Shown in pieces: positions 45,000-54,893 of a stretch of DNA of 64,000 nucleotides. Every line of letters begins with the position of its first letter. The stretch's first letter is position 1. The position numbers were made by a program, and so were the translations under genes. Source of the stretch: Candidatus Thorarchaeota archaeon. Its GTDB lineage: Archaea; Asgardarchaeota; Thorarchaeia; Thorarchaeales; Thorarchaeaceae. The notes beneath the pieces were generated by a model. That model worked only from the letters and a program-made list of their open reading frames with translations. It made no database searches and was not told the origin of the DNA. The DNA is taken from positions 114,217 to 178,216 of the forward strand of contig DXJO01000041.1 in the NCBI GenBank assembly GCA_019057475.1, written 5' to 3'.

Positions 45000-47951
45000 C
45001 TAGATGTCTCCAGCCTCTTCCTGAATCGAAAGCAGAATGCGGTCTGTAGCGCTGGTGCTCTTTTTGATGACCTTTAGATAGTCCTGTCGCGCCTTCTCGA
45101 AGGCTGCACGACTAATCCTCTGCTTCTTCTTCCTGAGAAGGAGCTGACGGAGACCGGCCTTTGCGCCCTCGATTCGTTCTTCGTGAAGCTCGAGCTGAGC
45201 TACGATGTCTCTGTATCTCGGGCCTTCGCTGACGAGCTTATCCTTTAACGAGGGGAGCTGAGAGTCAATCTTTTCCATCTGCGACTTGATATCCTTCTGA
45301 CGAATCATGAACTCCCTCTTCTTGACCTTTCCTCTTCTTCGAGATGCTTCAATCTTTTCAAGATCCATGTTCAAAGTGGTCTTCTTGGAATAGAGCGTAG
45401 CAAACTCCCTCAGAAGCTCTGGAGGCGCACCCGTAGATTTGGCTTCAATTGCAGTTGGTTCTTCTTCGCCCGAACCGACTATCTCCTCTGGTAAGTCTAC
45501 TTTTCTGTACATTACATAAATGAGGGCAATGAAACCTGCCATCAGTGCAAAGAGGATAGGTCGAGCAGCAGCTCCTATCGAAACTTGGTATACCAACACG
45601 ATGTTGGGTGGGTTCTCCTGTGTTGTGTTATAGACTGTGTAACTAATCGATGTGTCGAATACACCGTAAATGAGTTGATAATCGCCTGAGGTTTCTACGA
45701 GGTTGGTTGAGATTGGAAACACAATATCGATTGTATGCTTGCTGACGAGTATATCACCGAACGCGGCTATCGGAACCTTCAGCTGGCTACCTGATGGGAC
45801 AGCATCGGAATAACTTGAAGCCTGTATAACGTAGTCAATCCAAAATGTATACGTGTGTCCGGGCCAGAACCCTTCGTAGCCAAAGCGATCACTTCTGAGA
45901 TCAATCCGAAGCTCAATTGTATTATTGAACTCCAGCTCTCCACGGGGCATCGACTCCGCAAGAGTTCCGACTTCGTCATAGATCCGGAGATCGGCTGCGT
46001 AGGCAGGTATCGTGAATGCGAAGTAGTTCTCCTTTGCAGGACCAATGTTTTCTATGCTGATAGTTTCGCTATAAGAGAGCCATCCCCATGCATCGACTAC
46101 AATCTGAGTGGTCCGTTCAGCATCAATCAACGGGGTGTACGACCGTAGTGAGAAGTCAAACTCCTCAATGCTCATCGGAGCCACATTGATGTCTTCGGTG
46201 TCTGGAATATCGCCTTGAATAGAGTCACCACTCCTGAAACTGACTTTCATCGACGCAGTCTTCAGGACATAGGGTACAGTGGGATACTTTAGATACGTGA
46301 CGTTGTAGATGTTATCTTCCACAAGGTTGTGCAACGAATGCATCATCATTGTCGTCGTAAATGTTAGGGAGTCCTGAAATCCCACTGGTTCCATGAAATA
46401 GACTCTGAAATGCATCATTCCGTTGAGATCATCCAGTTGCATTATCTCAAGCTCATTCTCAGCACTGTCTTCCGCCAACACTGAGAGGAAATAGCTCGGC
46501 CATGGTTGCGGAAGGAAGAATTCCAATGCCCCAATCGGGGCCGTTCCGTTGTTGCGGACTAGGTATTGATCCTCAATCTTCGTGTTATGATACAGCTGTG
46601 TCACGAAGCTCCTATCGACATCAAGGTGCATTCCAATAAGTGGAGTAAAAGGCCAATCAATTGTGACGTTCACTATTGCCGTACTGGTGACATTAGAAAC
46701 GTCAGTTGCATTGAACCAGACTTGGTGACTTCCAACCTCGAATTCAGAGAGGTCAACCTTGACTTCCCATAAGTCGGACTGGAAGTTGTGAAATATCTGT
46801 GTCCAGTTCTCATTGTCAATCCGGTAGTGAGCAGTCCGCACGTAAGTGTTGTCTGTCACATTAATTTTGAACGCCGCCACCAAACCAAGAATTTCATTCA
46901 GAGTTGGGCTTTCCACAACAATGGATGGCGCTGTATTGCCCACGAATTCAACCATAAGGGGATTTGCCCAATCAGTGTGCTGTACAGGAAGTTCATCGAA
47001 GTTCTCAGAACCTCCGAACATCAGGGTGAAAGGAAACTGTACATCCGTTGCATTGAACAGAGGAATGTCATTGGGATCGGTACTGTTCATTTTGATGAAG
47101 TACTCTAGTTGTGTTGTGGTGCCATCATCACTGCCATTCGCTGCAACAATCTGGCTTTGATTAGCATCCGGAAGATGCTGGAATGTGCCTATGGCATGGT
47201 CATCCCTGTAGACGATCTTACTTGCGTCAGCAGGGTTATTTCTATTGGATCCGATTCGTGTCAGAGTTATGACATATTCAAGGTCCTTTCCATACATCTC
47301 ATGGCTAGTTGTAGTGTAGCCTTCTTCGGCAGGAATGATGAAATGACGTTCTTCACCAATTCTCATGCCGATTATTTCATCTATGTAGCCCTGGAGTAGC
47401 CGTTCGTCTTCTATCGCGGTTGTAGAATCATCGTTAGGAACATCGCTCTCCTGTACCAGGGTTCCATTCCGGTCAAACAGCTTGTAGTGAACAGTGACAA
47501 TATCAATGCCAGTCACTCTCGAATAGCTCTCGTGCGGTTCATCTGGAGCGCATCCAAATATCAAGTCACTGCCGTTGAGACCGCTGCTTGTGAAATTTGA
47601 GGTGTAGTTCTGCCAGCCAAGCGCAATCCAACCGGAAGTGGTAGCTGAGAGCCCGACATAGAGGAGTGTTGAGTTGTGCTCAAGGTAAATGGTAACTCCA
47701 GTAGCTGAGTCTGTGTAGCTGTACGAGTACTCTGTTGGGTCGATTATCCCGTCAGCGGAGCCATAGTGGACATCAACATAGGGGATTGAAGCGTTTAGCA
47801 TCGACTCCGCGTAGGAGTAGTCCTGTTGGGTATTGTGAGCCAAGGTCGTGGGATTCCAAGAATTTAACTCAGGAATAGTCAACGCGACGCCACTGATGAC
47901 AAATATCGCCAGTAACGCAATTGTTGCTATTCTTCTACGTAGCAGGCTCAA
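45000..47951 (-). CDS. Ribophorin-I (OST1)-like type I membrane protein with DOMON-like, FKBP-like and Ig-like N-terminal domains
   Basis: Signal anchor; ribophorin-like duplicated beta-sandwich (ERTTQIVVDAWGWLSYSETISIEN.G, IYDEVGTL, TFWIDY); single TM; basic coiled-coil tail; many N-x-S/T sequons. Confidence 0.75.
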   Translation of the reverse strand: MSLLRRRIATIALLAIFVISGVALTIPELNSWNPTTLAHNTQQDYSYAESMLNASIPYVDVHYGSADGIIDPTEYSYSYTDSATGVTIYLEHNSTLLYVGLSATTSGWIALGWQNYTSNFTSSGLNGSDLIFGCAPDEPHESYSRVTGIDIVTVHYKLFDRNGTLVQESDVPNDDSTTAIEDERLLQGYIDEIIGMRIGEERHFIIPAEEGYTTTSHEMYGKDLEYVITLTRIGSNRNNPADASKIVYRDDHAIGTFQHLPDANQSQIVAANGSDDGTTTQLEYFIKMNSTDPNDIPLFNATDVQFPFTLMFGGSENFDELPVQHTDWANPLMVEFVGNTAPSIVVESPTLNEILGLVAAFKINVTDNTYVRTAHYRIDNENWTQIFHNFQSDLWEVKVDLSEFEVGSHQVWFNATDVSNVTSTAIVNVTIDWPFTPLIGMHLDVDRSFVTQLYHNTKIEDQYLVRNNGTAPIGALEFFLPQPWPSYFLSVLAEDSAENELEIMQLDDLNGMMHFRVYFMEPVGFQDSLTFTTTMMMHSLHNLVEDNIYNVTYLKYPTVPYVLKTASMKVSFRSGDSIQGDIPDTEDINVAPMSIEEFDFSLRSYTPLIDAERTTQIVVDAWGWLSYSETISIENIGPAKENYFAFTIPAYAADLRIYDEVGTLAESMPRGELEFNNTIELRIDLRSDRFGYEGFWPGHTYTFWIDYVIQASSYSDAVPSGSQLKVPIAAFGDILVSKHTIDIVFPISTNLVETSGDYQLIYGVFDTSISYTVYNTTQENPPNIVLVYQVSIGAAARPILFALMAGFIALIYVMYRKVDLPEEIVGSGEEEPTAIEAKSTGAPPELLREFATLYSKKTTLNMDLEKIEASRRRGKVKKREFMIRQKDIKSQMEKIDSQLPSLKDKLVSEGPRYRDIVAQLELHEERIEGAKAGLRQLLLRKKKQRISRAAFEKARQDYLKVIKKSTSATDRILLSIQEEAGDI

Positions 47952-48102
47952 GATGAATCACCGAATTTGATGCATTTACGGTATGCAGTCTCAGGTCTCA
48001 CTGGACCGCAAACGTTGCGCCCCAACTTCGGGTCTGCTAAAATAGATTTCGGCAAGGAAATCTTCGTACTGTGCTTGGTTCATCCCGAAAAGTGTAAAAC
48101 GG

Positions 48103-49176
48103 ATGGTAAATGAGCCGGTAAACAAGGAGATAGTCCAGTTGTATACAATCGTTATCGCCGTCATAATTGCATTCCTCATTGTTCTCCTAGCAATGCCGAC
48201 CACAATCCGAACCCTCAAAGCGAAGGGCAAAGTGGGAATTGATGTCCATAAGTCCGGGAAACCGGAGGTGGCAAAGGGGGGTGGCTACATAGTCCTCTTT
48301 GCGATTGTGACAAGTCTGCTAGTTGTCATCGGTTACACCACATTCCTCAGGACCGAAGCAGTAGATCCCGCGATCTTGGCTGCGTTGGTATCAATACTGA
48401 TGGCTGGCATGATTGGACTTCTCGATGATAATATGGATTTCAGAAACAGGACAAAGATAGCACTCCCACTCATCGCTTCAATTCCAATGGTAGTGATGGC
48501 TGTGGGGACGACCATCATCTCAGTTCCGTTCGTAGGAGCGATAGAATTCGGAGCTTTCTATCCATTGATTATTGTGCCATTGATGATGACATTCATCATT
48601 GACTCCACGAACATGTATGGGGGCATGAATGGATTGGAGGCAGGGTTGGCGACTGTGAACTCGTCAGCTGTGGTTTCGTACGTGCTTCTTCTTCCATTAT
48701 TCACAGGGAAAGCAATCATGCAGAGCCAGCTAGATGCCGGCACAGTTGCAGCCGCTCTACTGGGTGCGGCGTTGGCGTTTCTTGTTTACAATAAATACCC
48801 CGCAAAAATTCTGCCAGGTGATGTTGGAAGACTGCCAATTGGTGCAGCAATTGCCGCGGCGTTGATTCTGGGGAACATGGATAGGCTTGCAATTATCATC
48901 TTTGCACCCTTTGCAGTGAATTTCCTGCTTTACATCCTGTACAGGATTCATGTGAAAAGGATGGGGATGGATTACGTCAAGTTTGCCAGTCCCAGAGAAG
49001 ATGGGACTTTGGAGGTAGTCGGCCCATTTACCATGTACTGGGTGTTACCTCACTTTTTCAAGAACATGACCGAGAAGAAGAATGTGATTATTCTTGTCAT
49101 CTTCCAAGCACTCCTGGCATATGGAGCAGTATTCCTTCTTCTCATAGCTTACCCGTGGGGAGTTGGATTGTTCTAG
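48103..49176 (+). CDS. Dolichol-P GlcNAc-1-P transferase (AglH/Alg7, MraY/GT4 family)
   Basis: GIDVHK..KPEVA..GG, GLLDD, NMYGGMNGLEAG, YNKYPAKILPGDVG. Confidence 0.88.
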   Translation: MVNEPVNKEIVQLYTIVIAVIIAFLIVLLAMPTTIRTLKAKGKVGIDVHKSGKPEVAKGGGYIVLFAIVTSLLVVIGYTTFLRTEAVDPAILAALVSILMAGMIGLLDDNMDFRNRTKIALPLIASIPMVVMAVGTTIISVPFVGAIEFGAFYPLIIVPLMMTFIIDSTNMYGGMNGLEAGLATVNSSAVVSYVLLLPLFTGKAIMQSQLDAGTVAAALLGAALAFLVYNKYPAKILPGDVGRLPIGAAIAAALILGNMDRLAIIIFAPFAVNFLLYILYRIHVKRMGMDYVKFASPREDGTLEVVGPFTMYWVLPHFFKNMTEKKNVIILVIFQALLAYGAVFLLLIAYPWGVGLF

Positions 49177-50225
49177 TGGATCTTCTCTGGGAGATACTTG
49201 TCCACAACATAGTCCATACCGTGCCTACTGAATGCCTGCTGTTCCGCCTTCCTCTGCAACTGACGGAAATCACGGATGTAGTCTTGCCACATAGAATCAG
49301 AATATCTCACGTCTCTTGAAAGCTCGTCCAAGCGCTTCAGGTCAGCATTGTTTAGTGGCTCCGATGGTAAGGAGTATTTGGTTATGTCATCAGCAGTGAC
49401 TCCAATCCATTCCGCATCCGGAGTTGTCAACCCCTGGATGTGCGCGGCGTTGGCACTGCCTGTGGAGATAACTCTTGCAATATGCATTCCCCAAGGATCT
49501 CCATCCGTGAAGACGTACACAGGTAGATCCAAATCGTCATGTAGTCGACGTATCAACTGACGCGTGGCTCGTGGGGGCTGGCCTCCCAAGTGTATCAATA
49601 CTGCATTGAAACGTTCCCAAGCTCTTGTTTCAATCAGACGAGAGAATATGCCTCCGGATTCAACTGCCAGAATCAACTCAGCATCAGATTCGACCGGGTC
49701 CGCAGTTACTAGTGCCGGACCTATCGGCAGCCCATCAGGGCTGAGTGTGAGGTCCACATCCCGTCCTTCGTATCCCGCAACAGTGTAGCGCATTGTCACC
49801 TGACCATAGATTGACGAGCGCTCCTCCGGAAATACACCAAATGCTTCTCTGGCAATGCCCGTCAAACACTCGAGATCTGTCACAGTTCGATCTGATTCAG
49901 CTTGATCTGAAAATTCTACGCCGAATGCTTCGCTTGAGTAATAGAGGTCTCTTAGAGAACAGGTTCTGCCACCCTGTAGCAGTTGTTTGGCGTAGGAAGC
50001 GACCCAAACAAGTTGTGTGAAACTCTTGATATGACGAAGGTTGCTAGAGTCCCGTATGACTCGGGTATTGCCAAGCACGAATCGCTTACTCTCTTCATCA
50101 TACACGAGATTCCCAGTCCCGCGACCGGGAAATTTGAGCGTTGGAAATTCTTCGTTATCGATTGACTGAACTATGGCAGTCCCGAGGTCTTTGAGGGCGC
50201 TCAACGACTTGGACTGATCAAACAT
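49173..50225 (-). CDS. top6A: DNA topoisomerase VI subunit A
   Basis: LRDLYY catalytic Tyr, AVE, GGQP, FTDGDPWG, KAEQQA; ATG at 50225. Confidence 0.95.
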   Translation of the reverse strand: MFDQSKSLSALKDLGTAIVQSIDNEEFPTLKFPGRGTGNLVYDEESKRFVLGNTRVIRDSSNLRHIKSFTQLVWVASYAKQLLQGGRTCSLRDLYYSSEAFGVEFSDQAESDRTVTDLECLTGIAREAFGVFPEERSSIYGQVTMRYTVAGYEGRDVDLTLSPDGLPIGPALVTADPVESDAELILAVESGGIFSRLIETRAWERFNAVLIHLGGQPPRATRQLIRRLHDDLDLPVYVFTDGDPWGMHIARVISTGSANAAHIQGLTTPDAEWIGVTADDITKYSLPSEPLNNADLKRLDELSRDVRYSDSMWQDYIRDFRQLQRKAEQQAFSRHGMDYVVDKYLPEKIH

Positions 50226-51735
50226 GATGGTCCACCTCGAACAGTCTGTGAACGAGTTCAGTTGTTGATGGAACCGCATCGCATTCTGCCAATTCCGCAC
50301 TGAACTGTGCCACCTGTTTCATTGCCTTATCGAATTCACGTTTTTTCTGCGCATCGCGCACTGAACGTTCGCCCCTCTTGAGAGTCTTCTTCAGGCTTCT
50401 TCCTAATTCCCTAAGCAATGAGAGTACTTCGTGCTCGATCTCTGGCAAAGAGGCAATCGACTGCTTTCCAGCGGCTTTGAAGGGAATTCTCGTCGAGCAT
50501 AGATGAAGGAAAATTGAAACAGGGGTGGTTGACCTGACACCATATTGAACCCAGTTCACCCGTTTTAGCATCTTTGTAAGAGCATCCTCACCACTGTCGT
50601 ACAAGAGCGGAACCCGGTTGGCGAATCTGTACAGTGTCGGGACATCCGCCGCGCGTGCGCCCGTACCAATCGCTGCCACGCTCTCGACAATGAATGCATT
50701 ACCACTCCATTCGGTAGGCCCTCTGCTTCCGTAGGTCAGAGCTGAGGGGGCGAATACAGACTCAATTGATGCAAGAAAGGCGTTTTTTCCAATCGGACTG
50801 AGACATTTGCCATCAGGACGACCGAGTCCGTCAAAGGAGCGAAGTGCAGAGCTAAGACGAGAGATATCTCCGCGACCAAGCGTATTCACAGCCTGCCGTG
50901 GATTGATTGCCAAGAACTTGAGAAAACGCGTTGCAGTACGTGTTCCCATCCGTTGAAATGATTCAACCAAGAAGCTATGAAGACTCCGTTCACCTGCGTC
51001 AGCAACAAGCCGCCGAAGCAATTCCAAATCAGCACCATGAGGGTGCGGTTTTGATGCTGTGGTTGGTGCTGGAAGTATCTGGTGCCACCAACCCATTTTC
51101 ATTATAGAGGACCCATTGATTGCAAGTTCTACGTGTGCATGAGGAGAAGCTACAGTGGTTAATTGTAGATAGTCGTATACACGTTCTCTCGACCGGTTGA
51201 GGTCGCCTTTGAGCCGGATTGTGACTTCAGTGCCTGGACCCTCTCTCTCATGTGATTCGTCAGACAGAATCACAGGCTGGTTGTTCTCGATGTCAATGAG
51301 AAGCTGGTAGTATCTTCCAATCGTGTGGCTAGTTTGAGTCACTACAATAACGGGAGAGTCCGTAGTGATTTGTCCGTAGAGCGCCGCCATGGTCACTCCA
51401 AGGCCAAAGGTTCCACGCCTTTGTCGTGCCGTAAATTTATCGCCGTAGAGTACCCGAGCGAAGGCATTGGGAACTTCACCGTAGGGAACTCCTGTGCCGT
51501 TGTCAGATACCGTGACCCTTACAATGCCGGACCGCTCTTCATCTATGCTCACTCGCACGTCAGGCTGCCTACGTGCCTCCTCGCATGCATCAATGCTGTT
51601 CTCCACCAACTCCCTAACTGTCGAGTACACCGCCTGACTCGGATTACCAAAGCCTGCCATCTGGCGATTACGATAGAAGAACTCGGCAGGTGAGATGCTG
51701 CTGAATTCCCCGTGTAGTGAGTTATCTTGATTCAT
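50218..51735 (-). CDS. top6B: DNA topoisomerase VI subunit B
   Basis: SPAEFF, ELVENSIDA, DNGTG, RFANRVPLLYD. Confidence 0.95.
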   Translation of the reverse strand: MNQDNSLHGEFSSISPAEFFYRNRQMAGFGNPSQAVYSTVRELVENSIDACEEARRQPDVRVSIDEERSGIVRVTVSDNGTGVPYGEVPNAFARVLYGDKFTARQRRGTFGLGVTMAALYGQITTDSPVIVVTQTSHTIGRYYQLLIDIENNQPVILSDESHEREGPGTEVTIRLKGDLNRSRERVYDYLQLTTVASPHAHVELAINGSSIMKMGWWHQILPAPTTASKPHPHGADLELLRRLVADAGERSLHSFLVESFQRMGTRTATRFLKFLAINPRQAVNTLGRGDISRLSSALRSFDGLGRPDGKCLSPIGKNAFLASIESVFAPSALTYGSRGPTEWSGNAFIVESVAAIGTGARAADVPTLYRFANRVPLLYDSGEDALTKMLKRVNWVQYGVRSTTPVSIFLHLCSTRIPFKAAGKQSIASLPEIEHEVLSLLRELGRSLKKTLKRGERSVRDAQKKREFDKAMKQVAQFSAELAECDAVPSTTELVHRLFEVDHHV

Positions 51736-51789
51736 AACGTTCTGAATAAAAAAGCATTCAACTTCATATTAGACGAGGTATTACAGCGC

Positions 51790-52353
51790 TCAGAAGTCCT
51801 CTTCCCATAGCTCCGCCTTCTGACGATTCATTTCTCTGCGCATCTTCTCAAGATACCTGTAGACTGTGCCGTGAGGGGCGCCACCAATGAGCATGTCTAT
51901 TGCTCGACTTGAGAACTCAAGCCCTGGGTCGGCACCAATCACCGAAACTGTGCGACCATAGACCGAAATTTTGGTTTCTGTAATCTCTTCGATGGCTCTA
52001 CGGGTGCGACCATTCTCCCCGATTATTCTGCCAGCCACCCGCTTCAGCTGGTTCGGTGATGTTCCCACAGCGTCGCGCAATGATATTACAACTAGTCGAG
52101 TGTCCTCATCGATAAGCGAGAGAGCCCTCTTTGGACTAAACCCTCGAGCCATTGCGCGAATCATGTCACGTGCCTTCCAGGCAAGCACAGGATCCTCAGT
52201 CTTCTCGGGACTGGTGATGGTCACAATACCTTCCGGATTTACATCTATCTTAACATTAGTGAGCTTCTGAACCCGCTTCCTCACTCGCCCGTTCCGTCCA
52301 ACAATGACCCCAAGCCTTTCGGCGGGCACTCTAACAGTTTCGCTATACCGCAT
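51790..52353 (-). CDS. KH-domain rRNA-processing protein Dim2/Pno1
   Basis: GVIVGRNG, RGFSP, GRIIGENG, GAPHGTVY. Confidence 0.93.
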   Translation of the reverse strand: MRYSETVRVPAERLGVIVGRNGRVRKRVQKLTNVKIDVNPEGIVTITSPEKTEDPVLAWKARDMIRAMARGFSPKRALSLIDEDTRLVVISLRDAVGTSPNQLKRVAGRIIGENGRTRRAIEEITETKISVYGRTVSVIGADPGLEFSSRAIDMLIGGAPHGTVYRYLEKMRREMNRQKAELWEEDF

Positions 52354-52354
52354 C

Positions 52355-53140
52355 TCATTTCTCACCAGAAGAGAGAATATACTTGGTTATGACCTTTGGA
52401 TCTTCTGTTTCGATTCCAAGCTTCCTAAAGTATCGGGTTATGTTTTGAATGTCACGGAACAGGTACCGTCCAGCGCTAGTATGACCTCGAAGTACGGCCT
52501 GAGAAACGTCGATGATAACCGGCCCATCTACCCATAATATATTGTACTCGCTAAGGTCTGCATGCACAAGGCTGGCCTCCTTGTAACCTTGCTCGATTAT
52601 CTCAATCAGCTCGTTGAAGACTTCGACTGGAGATTCTAACTTAACATTTCTAAGTAGTGGCGCAGGAAGACCCTGTTCATCTCCGATGAACTCCATGACT
52701 AAGACATTGCGCTCAATGCCTAGAGGTTTTGGAACCCTGATTCCGGCCTTGTGATAACGAATCAGGTTCTTGTACTCTTTCATTGCCCACTGCGGAATCA
52801 AAGACCGACTTCGCTTGGCCACGCGCTGAAACCGAGGATCACCAACGATGTACTCACGCATCCAGTCGGTTTCTGCAGTACTTATTCTGTATATCTTGAC
52901 AGCAACCGAGTTGCCTTCGGGGTCTACGCCTCGATACACATTGGCCTCTTTTCCTGTGCTGATAGCACCATGCAGCTCGCGAATCATCCCGCGGTTGAAC
53001 AACTTGTAGAGAACCTTTAGAGTAGGTGGATCGATTACGCCTTCAATCACCTTGAGCTCATCAGCATCTTTTCTGCGCTTCATCCTACGGCGCTCTAGCT
53101 TGTCGTCTATCTGTTTGCGTTTGGTTTCAGCACGTTTCAA
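52355..53140 (-). CDS. rio1: RIO1 kinase
   Basis: STGKEANVY, VHADLSEYN, IDVSQAV. Confidence 0.95.
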   Translation of the reverse strand: MKRAETKRKQIDDKLERRRMKRRKDADELKVIEGVIDPPTLKVLYKLFNRGMIRELHGAISTGKEANVYRGVDPEGNSVAVKIYRISTAETDWMREYIVGDPRFQRVAKRSRSLIPQWAMKEYKNLIRYHKAGIRVPKPLGIERNVLVMEFIGDEQGLPAPLLRNVKLESPVEVFNELIEIIEQGYKEASLVHADLSEYNILWVDGPVIIDVSQAVLRGHTSAGRYLFRDIQNITRYFRKLGIETEDPKVITKYILSSGEK

Positions 53141-53223
53141 ATCGAACTGTCACTCCAGATTGCAGGGTCTATGGAAATTCAATACCGAAAATAACCCCGT
53201 AAGAAGAAAAAGTCTTGGAACTA

Positions 53224-53577
53224 TCAGAACATCTTCAGATAGCCTTTCTTCTGGAGCCACTCAATCTCATTGCCCCTGTAGCGCCATACCACATCACACT
53301 TGGCGTCGGTCTGAAACTCCCACGGAACAACCAGAACTGTGTCCGCAACTCGCATCCAGACTCGCTTCTTCATGCGACCAAGGATACGACCTACTCGAAT
53401 CTCCCCGTCTTCACATCTTACTCTGACTCTATCAAAACCCAACATCTGAACGATGATGCCAAAGAGTTCTCCATCATCTCTTCTTGGCGTCCTCACTCGC
53501 ATTATTTCTTCGCCAGTTGTGGGGGCGCCTCTGCGACCGCGCTTTCCTTTGCTTTTTCCTTTTTTTCTTGGGGGCAA
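53224..53577 (-). CDS. eif1a: Translation initiation factor 1A
   Basis: QMLG..RVRVRCEDG..R.GRI.GRMKKRVW, PWEFQ, WRY; TTG start after GGAGG. Confidence 0.95.
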   Translation of the reverse strand: MPPRKKGKSKGKRGRRGAPTTGEEIMRVRTPRRDDGELFGIIVQMLGFDRVRVRCEDGEIRVGRILGRMKKRVWMRVADTVLVVPWEFQTDAKCDVVWRYRGNEIEWLQKKGYLKMF

Positions 53578-53737
53578 GTTAATCCTCCAGTTAGAAGCCA
53601 GACTACTCAGTCTAATGGCCTCGAAAGAATACGCATTGGAGGGCCATTTAAGCGTACCTACACATGAGCGAAACTGCATGACCTTATTGCATCAAAAAGC
53701 GGGAGATTAGATTCTCTACGATTTCGCGAAGCGATTC

Positions 53738-54823
53738 CTAATCCTCAGTTGGTATGGGGTAGAAACGCTCGTCGATTAGCACGACATGAACAACACTGCC
53801 ATTTGTGCTCTCAGGATTCAAGAGGTGATCCTCAACCTCGAGTGTTTCAAACGTCTTCGAGTCCATAAGCTGAGCTGGCTGCCCACGCTGGCGAGAGATA
53901 ACCATACATTGTCGACTCTCAGATGACGGAGCAAGAAACTCAATTCCCTTCCATTTGGAACTCTTTGAATTGATTGTGAATGTAGAGCTCTCAGTGAGAT
54001 CATAACATAAGATGCCGCTCTTGCTCATGGACTGAATCTGACAGGGTTTCGTGGCGACCCTTATGAAATCACCAGTAACAAATCTGTGAAGCCTAAGCAA
54101 GATTGTGGTTCGATACTGATCCTTGCCCCCTTTCTGCCCAACCAACTTGTAGTTCACTTTTTTATCTGCCAAGAACGTGCGTTCAATCTCATCTGCAAGA
54201 CGTCGACAGAGGTGGTCTGAACCAATTCGAAAATCGAGACCGTACCGGTCCTTGCTCGCCGAGGTGATGAAAGCCTTGACATCTTTCCCGTATGCTTCCA
54301 CTGTTCGTTGAGTGACAATGGTGTTGATTCTCTCTTCTTCATATTCAGTGAGTGAGCGATTGTCAGCTCGTATCTGGAGAATGGCGTTATAATAACCTCC
54401 GCTCATCATTCCGCAGGTATCACAAGTCCCATGACTGAATCTGACCTCTACTGGATAACTCTCTTTGTGGGAAGGAAGAGTGTTGTGAGAGCGGCCTGAT
54501 GCATTCACCCTGATGTGCAATACCCTATCGAGCCGATTCTCCTCTTCAAGCGAAATCTCAACGCCCGAAACGTGGCGTTTCACGCTCCGGTGTAGCAGCA
54601 TCTCCAGCTGTCGCTCAATCAGCTCATCCTTAGCTGGAAGAGGCCCAGTAATCACTTTCCAGCCACCTGGCACCTTCACTGCCCCACAACGTTTGCATGT
54701 GCGAATTTGAAGCGGAGTGTCCACATGGATTAGAGGGTGCTCCTTTGCGTAGCATGAAGCGCACAGTCCCTCTAAGACTGCATTTTCGCCACAGAGGTAG
54801 CAGGGTGCTGGCAAGGTTATCAA
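53738..54823 (-). CDS. nmd3: NMD3-family large-subunit biogenesis factor
   Basis: Four CxxC pairs, GGYYNAILQIR, YKLVG, YRTTILLR, C-terminal OB-like domain. Confidence 0.9.
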   Translation of the reverse strand: MITLPAPCYLCGENAVLEGLCASCYAKEHPLIHVDTPLQIRTCKRCGAVKVPGGWKVITGPLPAKDELIERQLEMLLHRSVKRHVSGVEISLEEENRLDRVLHIRVNASGRSHNTLPSHKESYPVEVRFSHGTCDTCGMMSGGYYNAILQIRADNRSLTEYEEERINTIVTQRTVEAYGKDVKAFITSASKDRYGLDFRIGSDHLCRRLADEIERTFLADKKVNYKLVGQKGGKDQYRTTILLRLHRFVTGDFIRVATKPCQIQSMSKSGILCYDLTESSTFTINSKSSKWKGIEFLAPSSESRQCMVISRQRGQPAQLMDSKTFETLEVEDHLLNPESTNGSVVHVVLIDERFYPIPTED

Positions 54824-54893
54824 CTGAGAAGTATCGTTAAACCTTTAAAATGTGAATGAAATGTGCCTTACGAACGCTAGACATACTTCAAGG

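Noticed and set aside
49173-51735. Meiotic Spo11-like novelty
   Set aside because: Ordinary top6B-top6A in the conserved archaeal eIF1A-rio1-dim2-top6 cluster
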